Assembly (NCBI GenBank): GCA_951406725.2
Contig: OX597826.1
Location: 48,608,001 to 48,672,000 of the forward strand
Reading direction: 5' to 3'
DNA: 64,000 bases
DNA from: Octopus vulgaris
Taxonomy: Eukaryota
This document shows positions 1-14,439 of this stretch, one piece after another. The notes below the pieces were generated by a model. The model was not told where the DNA came from. It ran no database searches and saw only the letters and a program-made list of their open reading frames with translations. Every line of letters begins with the position of its first letter. Position 1 is the stretch's first letter. The translations under genes and the position numbers were made by a program.

Positions 1-124
1 TCAAATCCTAGTGAATTCTGCTTTGATTTTTCATCTATTCAGATCTCAACAAAATAAAGTACAAGTGAGCCTATAGAAGCAGCAAACCTGGTGGAATCAA
101 TAGCATGTTGGACAAATTACTTCT

Positions 125-640
125 GAAGAATCTGTGATCAAGTATTTAACGTGGAACGATTGCAGCCAACAGTGAAACATGGCGGCTATCCTGTGATGGT
201 CTGAGGAGAAATTTGGAGTAATGGTAGATCTGAGCTGGTGGATTGTGAGGGAAACATAAACTCAGATAAATATGTGTCAATATTGCAGAAAGGACTCGTT
301 CCAATCTTCTCCAGTGGTGAAATGATTAAAGAAGACTCTTTATCTATGGGAGATGTGGCTCTTTGTCACACAGCTAAAATGACCCAAAATTTGTTGGATG
401 AGAATAGCATTTAAAAGCTTCCATGGCCAAGTCAGTCACCAGATATGAACCTTATTGAACACCTCTGGGACATAATGGACAGGACATAAAAAGAACAGGA
501 AAGCATCCTCAAAGCCAGATCTTTTCAGAGCTGAAACTTGGCAAGAAATTCTTCAAGAGAATATTCATCATCTGATCAATAGCATGCCTAATAGGGTCCT
601 TGCATTGATAAATGCAAAGGGCACTGCTACTAAATATCAG
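125..640 (+). pseudogene. Tc1-family (DD34E) transposase remnant, C-terminal half
   Basis: Manual translation gives LQPTVKHGGYPVMV*GEIW...INSDKYVSIL...CHTAK...KLPWPSQSPDMNLIEHLW, the Tc1 TVKHGG and WPSQSPDLNPIE motifs, with in-frame stops. Confidence 0.9.
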
Positions 641-1025
641 ATATTCACATTATAATAACTAATAATGTATAATTCAGATTTAAATAAATTTTAACAATTA
701 TAAGTGTGTCTATTTACTTCTGTTATGTGTGCGTGCATGAATGTGTGTGTGTATCTTAACATATACATGTTTATATATTTATACACAAGCAAATATTATG
801 CATGAATGTATATATATGCATGTATGTATTTATGTATGTATGGATGTATGCATGTATGTATGTATATATGTATTGAAACTGCATTGTGACCCTCATTCAG
901 CAGCTGATGAAAAAGTATGGTGACATTGTTTATATCTTGTCCTCTATATCTTTATCATGGTTCACAATGTTTCTTTGACAAACATAGATACATGCATACA
1001 CACACATACACACACACATTGTATG

Positions 1026-1079
<54 letters not shown>

Positions 1080-1651
1080 TATATATATATATACATGTCA
1101 TTATTGTTGTTTCATTCATTAACGATTTTATTTTATTTTTATATTATTATTTCTTCTTGTTTTCTTTTGTGTTCTCTTTTATGTGTTTATGTATTTATTT
1201 ATTCATTTGCTTTTGGTTTCTAGCCTTTCTCCTTCAACTGTTGCCGAACTTAATTGCTAAACACTGAGATTAAGAATGGAAGGAAGAGTAAAACAAGAGT
1301 AATAAATGGGGGGAGAGAGAGGGAGACTGGAATGGGGTCTCAAAACTGAGGTATTAAGGATGGGGAAGAAATAAAATTGGTAAGATTTATTCTTGTATGT
1401 CTTGTAGATTTTCTGGTAATGTTTCTGTGTAATTTGACCAGCTGCTGAGACCTAAAGTTCTTTCTTTAATTCTAATCCCTATTTTTGACAACCTCAACAA
1501 TAATTCCATCGACTTGTTTACTTGAAAGGCACTCCGCATTTTATATGTATGTGTGTGTGTCTGAGTGTGTGTGTGTGTATTTATGTATGTATGTACGTAT
1601 GCATGAATATCTGTTTGTGTGTGCACACACATACATATATATTTATACATA

Positions 1652-1705
<54 letters not shown>

Positions 1706-1775
1706 AATACATATATAAATGTGCATATATATATCTTTGTATACATATGTGTATGTGTGTATATATATATATACA

Positions 1776-1827
<52 letters not shown>

Positions 1828-1970
1828 ATATATACATACACATAAATATATGTGCGTCCGTGCATGTGAGTGTGTATGCATGTGTGTGTAAGTGTCTGTT
1901 GGGTGTGCACATGTGTGTTTGTGTGTATTTGTGAGTGTTTGTGTGTGTGTATGTTGAGTATAGTTAATCA

Positions 1971-2668
1971 GTTCTATATTTAAGAGATGAGGAATTATGT
2001 ACAGCTTTCAATATACCTTCTAGCCTTCATCAGGTGTCTTGGGGAAATTTTGAACCTAGGTTCTCATTCCTAAGGTATTTTTCAATGTCATTATTATTAT
2101 TATTATTATTATTACTGAGTGAGAGAGCAGTGCATGCCATCAAAGTGACACTGGGGTAAAATATACGAAGCCCAATATACCCATCATGACTACCTGTCTG
2201 ATAAGGGTACACCAGGCACATGCATCACAACCATATGTGCTTGACATGGTGATCTCATATCAAATGATAATACGTGTGATGTACCAGTTAAGACAATCTT
2301 TTGCACTTCTTGCAGGGATGGTAAGCCAGGGATCATTCTCATATAATTTTCGGTTCCCTTCTTGATCATTCCTAGTGCTCCTACGATCACTGGTATTGTA
2401 ACCGCCTGTTTCCAGAGGTGAATTATTCAAACCCCAAAGAATCCCTCTCAACACATGGCTATGATGCTCCCCCACTACTTCTGCCCGTGATCAAAGATGC
2501 ACATATCGTCAGCCACTAAGGGACATGCTTTATTGTTTTGGTCTTTCACAACAATATCTGGTTTATTGGCCTTGATGGTTTGGTCTGTATGTACTGGAAA
2601 GTCCCACAGAATGGTTACATTTTCTCCTTCAGTTACAGCCTCAGGGTGGTGATTATACCACTTGTCGG

Positions 2669-2721
<53 letters not shown>

Positions 2722-2795
2722 TCACTGCCTGGAATTGAACTCAGAATCTTGGGGTTAGTAGCCTGCGCTCTTAACCACTACACCATATGCCATAT
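1971..2795 (-). mobile_element. Single arm of the tRNA-head/(AAT)n/hammerhead-tail element, interrupted by an R4-like insert
   Basis: 1971-2090 and 2715-2791 match the arms at 7057-8085 and 22975-23661; the hammerhead is truncated here. Confidence 0.8.
2112..2670 (-). mobile_element. R4/Dong-like non-LTR retrotransposon 3' fragments (restriction-like endonuclease end plus associated 3' repeat)
   Basis: Minus-strand peptides WYNHHPEAVTEGENVTILWDFPVHTDQTIKANKPDIVVKD and IVGALGMIKKG...VQKIVLTGTSHVL; flanked by (TTA)n; shares sequence with 10810-11110. Confidence 0.8.
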
Positions 2796-2819
2796 AGTTT
2801 ACCACTAAATGATTCATAA

Positions 2820-3200
2820 ACAACTGGTTGACTGGAAATGACCATCATGACAAGCTTCCAACATTCCAACATTTCTCTTTGCGATGGTTATGGAATTAGT
2901 ATTGAGAAGTTTAAAGAACAGTTCAAAGAAAATGAAGATCAGAAAACATCTAGCACTGTCAACAGTGTTCCCCCTTCAGGGATGAATTTGTACCATAGTG
3001 AACATTGCACAAAGAAAAATCTCTTAAGTGAGTGGGTTACATCTTCCTACAATATCAACTGCAAACCAAAGCCCAGAGATTATTCTGTCCATATGACGAA
3101 GAAAGATCAAAGAATTCTACTGCATAATTGGACAGGAAATGATTCCAAAACATTGAGAGCTGTCAATTAAGGATGTAAGCAATATTCAACATGTTTCCAT
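2820..3200 (+). pseudogene. Degenerate non-LTR reverse transcriptase fragment (HERO/R2-like group)
   Basis: Frames other than the listed ORF read IPTFLFAMVMELVLRSL and FYCIIGQEMIPKH*ELSIK, resembling RT SPxLFxxxME and downstream IPT...PIKSLG motifs. Confidence 0.5.
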
Positions 3201-3600
3201 AGATGATACCAAGAGGTGTATTGAGACTGAGTCAAGAATTGTGACAAGAGCTAACTGTTATTGTCAACTGCAGTTCTCATGTTACCATTCCAAATAAAAC
3301 CACTCATCCAAAAACATTGGTAAACTATACATACATACACAAACACATGTATACACCACATATATGTATGTATAAATAAATATGTATATGTGTGTCTATA
3401 TAACATGCGTACATATATACAAATATTCTATAATTATAAACATAATTATAATTAGGGGTCAGCTAATTGCTTCACCACATACCGAATTTAGAAATAGGAG
3501 TTAAAAATTCCTTTTGTACTACTGTAAGAATCTCCCAGAGAGTAACACACTTTTTTACGTAGGCAAAGAGAAAAATAAGGAATCAACATGACTCCAATTA

Positions 3601-3660
3601 GCCACAGACGCGTTTCAAGATTAAAGTGTTTAATTACTTACTTCTCCTCATCAGTGTAGC
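3601..3660 (-). ncRNA. Minimal type-I hammerhead ribozyme motif
   Basis: Minus strand gctaca-CTGATGA-g-gaga...tctt-GAAAC-GC-GTC-tgtggc: stem I gctaca/tgtggc, stem II gaga/tctt, palindromic stem III ACGCGT, GUC cleavage triplet. Confidence 0.8.
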
Positions 3661-3825
3661 ATTTCCAATATAAAATTTGAAAGTGCTAGGGTTAAGTAGG
3701 CACACAATCAAGCGACATCGTGCAACAGATATCCAACCAACACTTCCAAAATTTACACAGCCGAATGTGAATACATATTTATCCCTAGTACCCACGTGTA
3801 TGTAACATATATATATATATATATA

Positions 3826-4179
3826 CTCTTTTACTCTTTTACTTGTTTCAGTCATTTGACTGCGGCCATGCTGGAGCACCGCCTTTAATCGAGCAACTCG
3901 ACCCCGGGACTTATTCTTTGTAAGCCCAGTACTTATTCTATCAGTCTCTTTTTGAACCGCTAAGTGACGGGGACATAAACACACCAGCATCGGTTGTCAA
4001 GCAATGCTAGGACAAACACACACACAAACACACACACACACACATATATACCAAATCCAGTACAAGGCTTTGGTCGGCCCGAGGCAATAGTAGAAGACAC
4101 TTGCCCAAGGTGCCACACAGTGGGACTGAACCCGGAACCATGTGGTTGGTATACCAGCTACTTACCACACAGCCACTCC
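3826..4179 (-). mobile_element. tRNA-derived SINE family A (ggagtggctgtgtggtaag head, gtaaaagag tail)
   Basis: Multi-copy in the window, with A-box and B-box (GGTTCAGTCCC) head, internal CA/TA microsatellite and tandem 3' tail. Confidence 0.85.
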
Positions 4180-4608
4180 TGATCATTCTTATACAAGAAT
4201 GTTGGCGACAGTGACTTCAAAGTTTCGGCTAGTTAAGCCATTGTCAGACTGTAGACCAATGATGGGTTAGCCGGCCAAAACTTCAAAGTCACTATCAACA
4301 ACATTTTTGAATAACAAAAGAAAATTTATAGATGCAGCAGGTATTTTAAATTTCATCTTCGGTGAACCTAGTTAAAGAAGACTAACCAGATTTATGATAA
4401 CAAACATATTCTGGAAAGTCTGAAACTCAAGTACTAGCTTATCCATCCTAGGTTGTCCATTTATCTAGTGTTCTTCCTAGAGGTAAGACGAAAATTTTTT
4501 TGTTCACTGCCCGCACACATCTTTGCCTGTATACATTCAGTGAAGCATTACATAGCATCATACAGTTATTGACTGCTATTTCTGCCACTATTTCCTATTT
4601 ATACATAC

Positions 4609-4699
<91 letters not shown>

Positions 4700-5032
4700 T
4701 AGTTGAATGAATTATCTTATTATGGATAATTCGGTTAACTCAAATACCAGGGTAGCAAATATGCTTTATTTAAAGCAGCAGAAAATTCAACAAAATCTGT
4801 TACTCTGAGTTTCTCGTTGCCATTCATCAGACAGTTTTTGCTAGAATGGAACCGATACATCAATTCAATCCAGACTCTTACAAACGCTACACCTTTAAAA
4901 AAAATGGACTTGTTTGATTGGCCCTTTAGAAATAATGGTCGATCTTCGAGCGATAAACAAAAAAATGAGCTCAAAAATATATGTATATATATATAAAAAA
5001 ATTATAAAAATTATTAAAATTATAAAAATAAA

Positions 5033-5096
<64 letters not shown>

Positions 5097-5595
5097 CATA
5101 CATATACTCAGTCACACATGCACATATATGTGGTTCACAAATTTTGTAAACCTGTAGCTTATAATGCTATTATTTCCCAGTTGTGATACCAAATAATAAA
5201 TAAGCTTCAAGACTGAGCATTACCATTGTGGCCCTTTATCGATAGTCTTATGTATACTAAAGTGGTTTGGTCTTCTACCAAGTTTTATGAATGTTGGGAT
5301 GTAAGGTACTACCGTAGAACTCCAGCTACCTTTAATGCCATAGTTGGAGGAGGCTAAAGTTACAAAGACCAAACACCATATGATGCTATGGAATCCACTT
5401 ATTCCATTGTTCATGTCACCCTGTTAATAAGGATGACAGTGAGGAAACGGAATGTGAAAAAGGGTTGCAGAGACATCCCTAGAAATGGAAGCAGTGAAAG
5501 GTGCTGTGAAGAAGACATAGGCAGGAATGAGACAGACATGGAAAATATGAGTACTCACCAGAATAACAGTGGGGGAATGAGAATACTGAACAGGT

Positions 5596-5865
5596 GAAAG
5601 ACTGGGGAAGAGGAAGGGGTGAAAAGGAGGTGGAAGAGGAGAGAAGGGGAAGGAAGTGGTGGAAAGAGAAGACAGGAAGAGATGGAAGAGGAGGAAGACG
5701 ACGAAAGAAAAGGACGAAGCAAAAGGAAGAGGAAGGAGGAGGGGAGGAGGGAGGAGGAAGAGATAGAAGTGGAGGAGAGAGGGAGAGGAGGAGGAGGGGG
5801 AGGAGTAAAGAGAAGGAAGAGATAGAGAGGAGGAAAGAGGAGGAAGAGATTGAAGAGGAGGAGGC
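5596..5865. repeat. Polypurine (GGA/GAA-rich) low-complexity tract
   Basis: About 270 bp almost free of pyrimidines on the + strand. Confidence 0.9.
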
Positions 5866-7145
5866 CCACGGTTTGCTGCTAAGGTTAGGAAGCCAATGCA
5901 CATTTGAAGTAAGGAAGATATTGAGGAGCATCTCGTAGAAAGTAGAATTGGCCAGAATGCAATTGCATCTGAAAGTGATATATGATCTGTCAGGAAATGC
6001 TTGCAAATGAACTGATGTTATGAACTATGAAATTTTAAAGGTAGAGTATAAAGGTAAAGAACTATTGTAATAGATATATAGATATGTGTATGTGAATATG
6101 TGTGAAAGGGTGTGTGTATGTGTGTGTCTGTTTGTCTGTGTTTCTGAATCTATCTCCCTATATATATATGTTCATATAGAATCTGAAAATATTGGTAATA
6201 ATTTAAATATAGAAGACAGAGTTGAAAGCAGTGTGACAGCCATACATTACTTTTAATGACCATAAAGTTAACTTTCTGAATAACCATTCAGCTCAACTTT
6301 TCAGTCCTACTAAAAGCCAATTAGGTATCTTTGATAAAAATATTTTCAACTAAACAATCCTTTGAATTAAAAAAAAAAAATGATTTTACGTATATGGAAC
6401 AAAAGTATTTGTTATGAATTGGTTTAATAGCATTAACAATAAACATGAATCTAAATTCACTCGCTTCAATATAAATAATTTCTACTCCTATTTTTACCAA
6501 AGATTTACTGCTAAAAGTACTAATAATATTTATTAACAATCCATTAGTGAATCTGATATTAAATATATCAGGAATGCAAGATCCCTCCTACTGTTAAGTA
6601 ATAAACAGTGGATGCATGTTACCTAGAGCATGCATCATAGGAGGCATGTTACCTAGAGCACAGAACAATGAGAGAAATTCAACTGCTGGAACTAGCCGCC
6701 ATATTTCATTTAGATAATGCACATATCTATAGTGAAGAACTCAAAGGATGGAGGTTTTCCTGGAAACACAAAATGAGACAGATTGGTGGAAGGGTGGAAT
6801 CTGTTTGATCAGAGATGACCTGGAGACAAATGACATAAACAAGAGCTATAGAAAGATTTGAACTCATGATCCTGCTGTAAATATTAATAACTTGCAGGGA
6901 CATGATATTTTGTTATGCAACCATAACATACTACAAAGTATATTAAATGTTTTTACAAGCCTTTGCCATGTTCTACTGTGTTAGCAGTGCTATTACATCA
7001 CTTGTTAAGGTTATTTCTACAGATTTTCTATAGAAATTAAGACCAGCACTGATTTTACAATTCTATATTTAAGGGATGTGGAATTATGTACATTATTTAC
7101 ATTATTTACATTTAACGGATATTTGTCCTCATCTTGTTTGTTGTT

Positions 7146-7191
7146 AACACAATGTTTCGGCTAATATACCTTCTAGCCTTCATCAGGTGTT
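7146..7191 (-). ncRNA. Minimal hammerhead motif (left arm)
   Basis: aacac-CTGATGA-a-ggcta...tagcc-GAAAC-ATT-gtgtt; stem II differs from the right arm by a paired G-C to A-U change. Confidence 0.7.
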
Positions 7192-7279
7192 TTGGGGAAA
7201 TTTTGAACCCGGGTTCTCATTCCTAAGGTATTTTTTGATGTTATTATTATTATTAATATTATTATTATTATTATTATTC

Positions 7280-7707
7280 TATGTTTGACTTTTGCTTTAT
7301 GTCTGTACAAGTTGGCTCCAAGTCTCACCCAGAGACCTCAAGAGACAACAGGTTGGAAGTTCTGTGCCATATATTTGGGGTTTTTTTGGTTTTTTTTGGT
7401 GTTGTACTAGTGAATGTCTAATACATAAAAAAAAAAATAAATAATAATAAAAAAAGTTTGTTTTAAACCTTGGGATTACATAGAGAGTATTTTGCGTAGG
7501 ATATGAGCAGTTCCCATGAGCACTATCTTTTGAATTTCTGCCATTTTGGTGTTTCCTGGTATCTGAGTTAGGTAGCAATCAGTCCCTTTCGCTATCATTC
7601 CCAGGGCACCTATGACAACAGGTATTGTTTTAGTCTTCAGCTTCCACATTTTGCTGATTTCTATTTCAAGATCTTTATATTTGCTCAGTTTTTGGTAGGT
7701 CTTGACA

Positions 7708-7708
<1 letters not shown>
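7280..7708 (-). mobile_element. R4/Dong-like LINE 3' end inserted in (TTA)n
   Basis: DLEIEISKMWKLKTKTIPVVIGALGMIAKG...IQKIVLMGTAHILRKIL on the minus strand. Confidence 0.85.
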
Positions 7709-7761
<53 letters not shown>

Positions 7762-7984
7762 CATTCAGGTCACTACCTGGAATTGAACACGGAATCTTGG
7801 GGTTAGTAGCCCGCGCTCTTAGCCAGTATGCCATGGGCATATGGCACAGTGGTTAAGAGCGTGGCCTACTAACCCCAAGATTCCGAGTTCAATTCCAGGC
7901 AGTGACCTGAATAATAATAATAATAATAATAATAACATTGAAAAATACCTTAGTAATGAGAATCCAGGTTTGAAATTTCCCCAA

Positions 7985-8030
7985 GACACCTGATGAAGGC
8001 TGGAGGGTATATCAGCCGAAACGTTGTGTT
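7985..8030 (+). ncRNA. Minimal type-I hammerhead ribozyme motif, intact core
   Basis: gacac-CTGATGA(7990-7996)-a-ggctg/cagcc-GAAA(8018-8021)C-GTT-gtgtt; palindromic AACGTT; predicted cut after 8025. Confidence 0.85.
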
Positions 8031-8397
8031 AAGAACAGACAAGATGAGGATAAATATCCATCAAATGTAAATAATGTAAATAATGAGCACTGATTTTGTT
8101 ATAACATTTCGTATCTTAATATGACTAATGTAGACAACATTAACCATTTTTCATCTTAGGTCTCATTGCTGTTTACATTAAGTGTACTTAGATATGAAAC
8201 AGCATCGCAAATCAGTGCTAGCTCTAATTCTAAAGAAACTCTGTAGTGAAGACTTTAACAAGTGATCCTGCAGTAAGAGAAAGGGAGAGAGAGTGAGAGA
8301 GGATTGTCACAATAGCTTTAGGTCACATTTATTGTACGTGCTAAATGTGATTCGAAACAGCGTACTCAGCATTTGTTTGAGATGAAATTTCACTTAC

Positions 8398-8693
8398 AGC
8401 AACAACGATAACAACAACATAACACAAGCATAAATATTCTTGCTGCTGTGATTTTTAAAAGAACATGAGCTTGACGGTTAAGGAAGAAACCTCTCGGAAA
8501 TTTATATTTAAAAATAAATAAAGAAGGAAAGAAAGAAAGGAAGGAAGGAAGAAAAAAAGAAAGAAGGATAAGCTAAGGAATATTATGGAATTTCCTGAAA
8601 TCAAATCAAAGACAACAAAACAAGAATTTCTGTTGCTATTTTTTTTTCTTGAAAATAATAATGAAACGGATATCAAAAATGTCACCAAGAGAT
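8398..8693 (-). other. Candidate exon of a minus-strand host gene (5'UTR plus possible start MLVLCCCYRCC, phase 1)
   Basis: Acceptor ttcctatttacAG (alternative tttgatttcAG giving an exon start at 8594); donor GTAAGT immediately after 8398; unique non-repeat sequence. Confidence 0.4.
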
Positions 8694-8727
8694 CTGTAAA
8701 TAGGAATAATTATGAAGAATACATTAG

Positions 8728-8789
<62 letters not shown>

Positions 8790-8845
8790 CATTATTATTA
8801 TTATTATTGTTATTGTTATTATTATTATTGTTATTATTATTATTG

Positions 8846-8883
<38 letters not shown>

Positions 8884-8884
8884 G

Positions 8885-8919
<35 letters not shown>

Positions 8920-8957
8920 GAAATCATCATCATCATTGTCATTTCTGTTATTGCCAT

Positions 8958-8994
<37 letters not shown>

Positions 8995-9073
8995 ACTACT
9001 ATTATTATTTTTATTATTATTGCTGTTGTTGCTAGAGTTTTTTGAGAGATATTCCTTTATAGTATGTACTCAC

Positions 9074-9193
9074 CGATTTTAAAACAACAAAATAAGAAAA
9101 AGAAAAAAAGGCATAGTAATGGCATACTGGTGGCATGATGGAGAAGGTTGTTGGAGATTGTGGTCAGAGAGATGTGGGGAGGTCAGTCATAAA
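9074..9193 (-). other. Candidate 5'UTR exon (120 nt)
   Basis: Acceptor ttcttcctttacAG and donor G|GTGAGT bracket unique sequence. Confidence 0.4.
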
Positions 9194-9690
9194 CTGTAAA
9201 GGAAGAACTAGAGTATTTTATATCATTATTTTTAGAATGACTCAAATAACATGATTGTAACAAAATAAATGTAAGTGTACAAAAATATATAAACTATGAA
9301 AATAAAAAATTAAATTTAATTTTAGAACACACACGAGCACTTGTGTATATGTATGTGTACACATATATATGTGTGTGTGTGTTTGTATGTATGTATGTAT
9401 GTATGTGTATGTTTGTATATGAAGTATGCTAAACTCAATTTTACATTCAAATTTTTTCGAAAAAATGAAATAAGAACAACAAAATGATAAAAAGAAACAA
9501 AGAGAAACTGATATGAAATATGTTCAGTTAAAAGAAATGCATTCTGGGTATTTAAAATATCACCATAAGTTATTGAATGTAATATGAGCCTTGTTCCAAG
9601 CAAAAATATTCATAAAATTTGAATACAGCATTGGGGCTAAACACTGCTATCAATTACTTATAACTAAAATGAACTTCATGAGATTTCAAA

Positions 9691-9750
<60 letters not shown>

Positions 9751-9869
9751 TATTATTATATTATTATCATATTATTATATTTTATTAATTATTGTTGTTG
9801 TTGTTGTTCTTCTTCTTCTTCTAACTATTATCATTATTATTATCGTCATCTTCATCATCATCATCATCA

Positions 9870-11345
<1,476 letters not shown>

Positions 11346-11368
11346 TCATTATTATTATTATTATTATT

Positions 11369-11452
<84 letters not shown>

Positions 11453-11639
11453 TGCTATAGTTGTTCTTTTTAGAAAGATTTTTTTTTTGTTTGAATTTGG
11501 TACAATAAATATAGTGTTCAACAATGTGAAGAATATAAATTCACCAGAATGACAATGAATATTCATTTTGTTCAAGAATTGCTTTTATGGTCTTATTTTT
11601 TTCTCCCATTTATTTATTTACCCATATTTATTTAATTAC

Positions 11640-11820
11640 CTTGTTTTATTTATCAATCCCCCACCTCCCCGTTTTTTAGCATTAGTTTTATTTTATTCAC
11701 TATTATATATATATATGTTATTTTGCATTTTTTAACTTTGGAAATATATTCTTAAAAGTTATAGCCATTATAAACAAAGTTTTTAAGTTAAAAAAGTAAA
11801 AAAAAAAATTTTTTAAATGC
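11640..11820 (-). other. Candidate non-coding exon
   Basis: Long polypyrimidine tract ending ttttctAG before 11820; donor AAG|GTAATT at 11640 (alternative G|GTGAAT at 11545). Confidence 0.3.
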
Positions 11821-12639
11821 CTAGAAAAATAAATAGAAAATAAAAGAAAGAAAGAAAGAAAGAAAGAAAGTAAGAAATGTTGTGGCAATACCTAATCCAA
11901 TAGTTCTTTTCTAAAATCATTTAATGTGATTGTTGTATGATGTGTTCTTCATATGAGAGTCAAAGTTCAAGTGACCATTAGATAAAATTCAATATTATAC
12001 CATATATTATATTATACTATATTATGTTATATCATATATTATATCATATTATATACGTCTATAGATAATAATCAGCCATTGGAACTTAAGATATATATTG
12101 TTTAGAATTAGACTTTAGGCAACTACAGAATATCATATTAGTTTCAAATTTTGGCACAAGCCATATATTTTGGAGGAGGGGTAAGTTGCTTACAGTGACC
12201 CTTATGCTTAACTGGTACTTATGTTATCGATCCCAAAAGGATGGAAGGGAAAATCAACCCCAGTGGAATTTGACCTCAGAATGTAAGGATGGACAAAATG
12301 TGGCTATGCACTTTGACCAGCAGGCAAACAATTCTGCCTACACACCATATTAAAATACAGAACATAATATTAAGGAATAACAAGAGAACAGGAGTCCAGT
12401 AACTGATATATTGTGAGCAGGAGAGTGAACCCCTACCACCTCTTAGTGATGGGATCAGCAGACCGGCCTGGTTTTGGGCTACTTCTGCCACTCTTCAATA
12501 CTGGACACCTCCTCTGCTTGCAATATATTGGATGCAGTCCTGTAATCAGTTGCATTAGCTTACAGTTGTTTCTGTGGTAAGAAGCAATGTGCAAAGAGTT
12601 GAGTTCCTTGTGTAACATCACATATCGTCTTTTATAGCC

Positions 12640-12983
12640 ACCAACTGGCTCCTGTGCTGAGGTACGTAAAAAGCAGCATCTGAACATGGTCGATGCCAGT
12701 GTGCCCGACTGGCTCCCGTACTGGTGGCACATTAAAAGCACCATCCAAACATGGTTGATGCCAGTACCCCTGACTGGCTCCCATGCCAGTGGCATGTAAA
12801 AAGCACCCACTACACTCTCGGAGTGGTTGGCATTAGGAAGGGCATCCAGCTGTAGAAACATTGCCAGATCAGATCAGAGCCTGGTGCAGCTGCTGGCTTT
12901 CCAGGCCTCAGTCAAACCATCCAACCCATGTCAGCATGGAAAATGGATGTTAAACGATGATGGTGATGATGATATGTATGTAC

Positions 12984-13031
<48 letters not shown>

Positions 13032-13475
13032 AGGCACATGTGCCATCGCTGTGTACTAAGAAGCTCACTTCCCAAATCACATAGTTCAGTCCCACTAGGT
13101 GGACCTTGGGCAAGTGTCTTCTACAATAGCTTTGGGCTGACCAAAGCCTTATTCGTGGATTTGACAGGCAGAAACTGAAAGAAGTCCATTGTATGTGTGT
13201 GTACACACGTGTGTGTACACACGTGTGTGTGTGTGTCTGTATGTGTCTGTGCATGTGCATGCCTATATATTTGTGTTTGCCCCCCCCCATCATTGTTGGT
13301 GTGTTTAAGTTCTGGTAACTTAATGGTTCAGCAAAAGGGACTGATAGAATAAGTACCAGGTTGGAAAGAAGGTAAAAAAATAAGTACTGAGGTTGATTCA
13401 TTCTACTGAAGATTCTTCATAGCGGTATCCCAGCATGGCCGCAGTCTAATGACTGCAACAAGCAAAAGACAAAAA
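12640..13475 (+). mobile_element. Family C repeat ((GAT)n tail) followed by a degenerate SINE A
   Basis: aaaagcacccactacact...aggaagggcatccagc...aaacgatgatg motif, then SINE A body. Confidence 0.8.
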
Positions 13476-14439
13476 AATATAAATATATATATATGCACTT
13501 TCTTACACATAAGTGGTGGGTCCAGTGTCAACATAAGAAAGCTCAAATTCTTGGAATTGGCCAGGCAAATTATCATTAATCCAAAGAATAAAATCCAAAA
13601 CAATAAGCAAAGCAAAAGCAAATTACTTGTCAGGATAAATTTTCAGAAATAATTTTAACCAACTAAAGGAATTCTTATGAGCTTAAAAATAATATTAACA
13701 TCTAAATATACATGAAGTTTAGTGAGAAAAGATTAGGTATTTTAACAACAGAGAGAAAATATTTGTAAACTTATACGGCATTTAAATTGTGCCTCAAAAT
13801 AAACAAAGAATGTATTTTTGGATTTCCACATAAGCCCTTTCTCTGTAGGAGTTAGTAAGTGAATGTGTGTGCGTGCGTATATATATGTTAGCGGCAAGCA
13901 TATATATATAGATAGATAGAGAGATAGATGTGTGTGTGTGTTTCCAAAGTCGAGTCTTAGAGTGTGAGTAAAATAACATTCAACCTGAGCACAGGGGCAC
14001 AAAAATACCTTTAGTTGGTCAGGTCCTGCAGTGAAAATACTGTGAGGAGGGACCTCTTGCTATTGTTTCAGCATCCTTTTAGGAGATGGACACTCTGTTG
14101 CAAAATTTGTGATTTCATGTGATTACTGGTCATCTTGCTTTGGCCTGTCACTAGGCTCAGAGAGTGGTACTCATGTTGTACAAGCATTTCTCACTATAAT
14201 CTAATGATGGACAGGTGTCACTTTAAGGTGATCTCATTTGTCATCTCTTCTGCTGGAAGTCCCATGGCAATGGAAAAGTGGTGACACGGGCAGACTTTAC
14301 CAGTTGGAAGTGCACACTGGGTTACAGGACTGAATTATCATCTGAGAGATCATGGATGGTAAGTCAGAAATGATATTGTCAACAAAGAAGCACAATTACC
14401 TGTGATGATGGAGCAATCATTATGTATGAATATGTGCTG

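Larger units (their letters stand above)
7057..8085. mobile_element. Palindromic head-to-head tRNA-SINE/hammerhead element with 12-bp TSD
   Basis: Arms 7061-7240 and 7935-8085 are inverted; inverted tRNA-like heads 7763-7910 are centred near 7833; AGCACTGATTTT is duplicated at 7045-7056 and 8086-8097. Confidence 0.85.

Noticed and set aside
895-935. CTGATGA at ~904 (and at 24738) as a hammerhead
   Set aside because: No downstream stem II and GAAA; incomplete core
2838-3170. 110-aa complex-looking ORF as a novel gene
   Set aside because: Better explained as an off-frame read of a decayed retrotransposon RT
7835-7910. Functional tRNA gene
   Set aside because: A and B boxes are present but I could not build a complete cloverleaf; it is a SINE head
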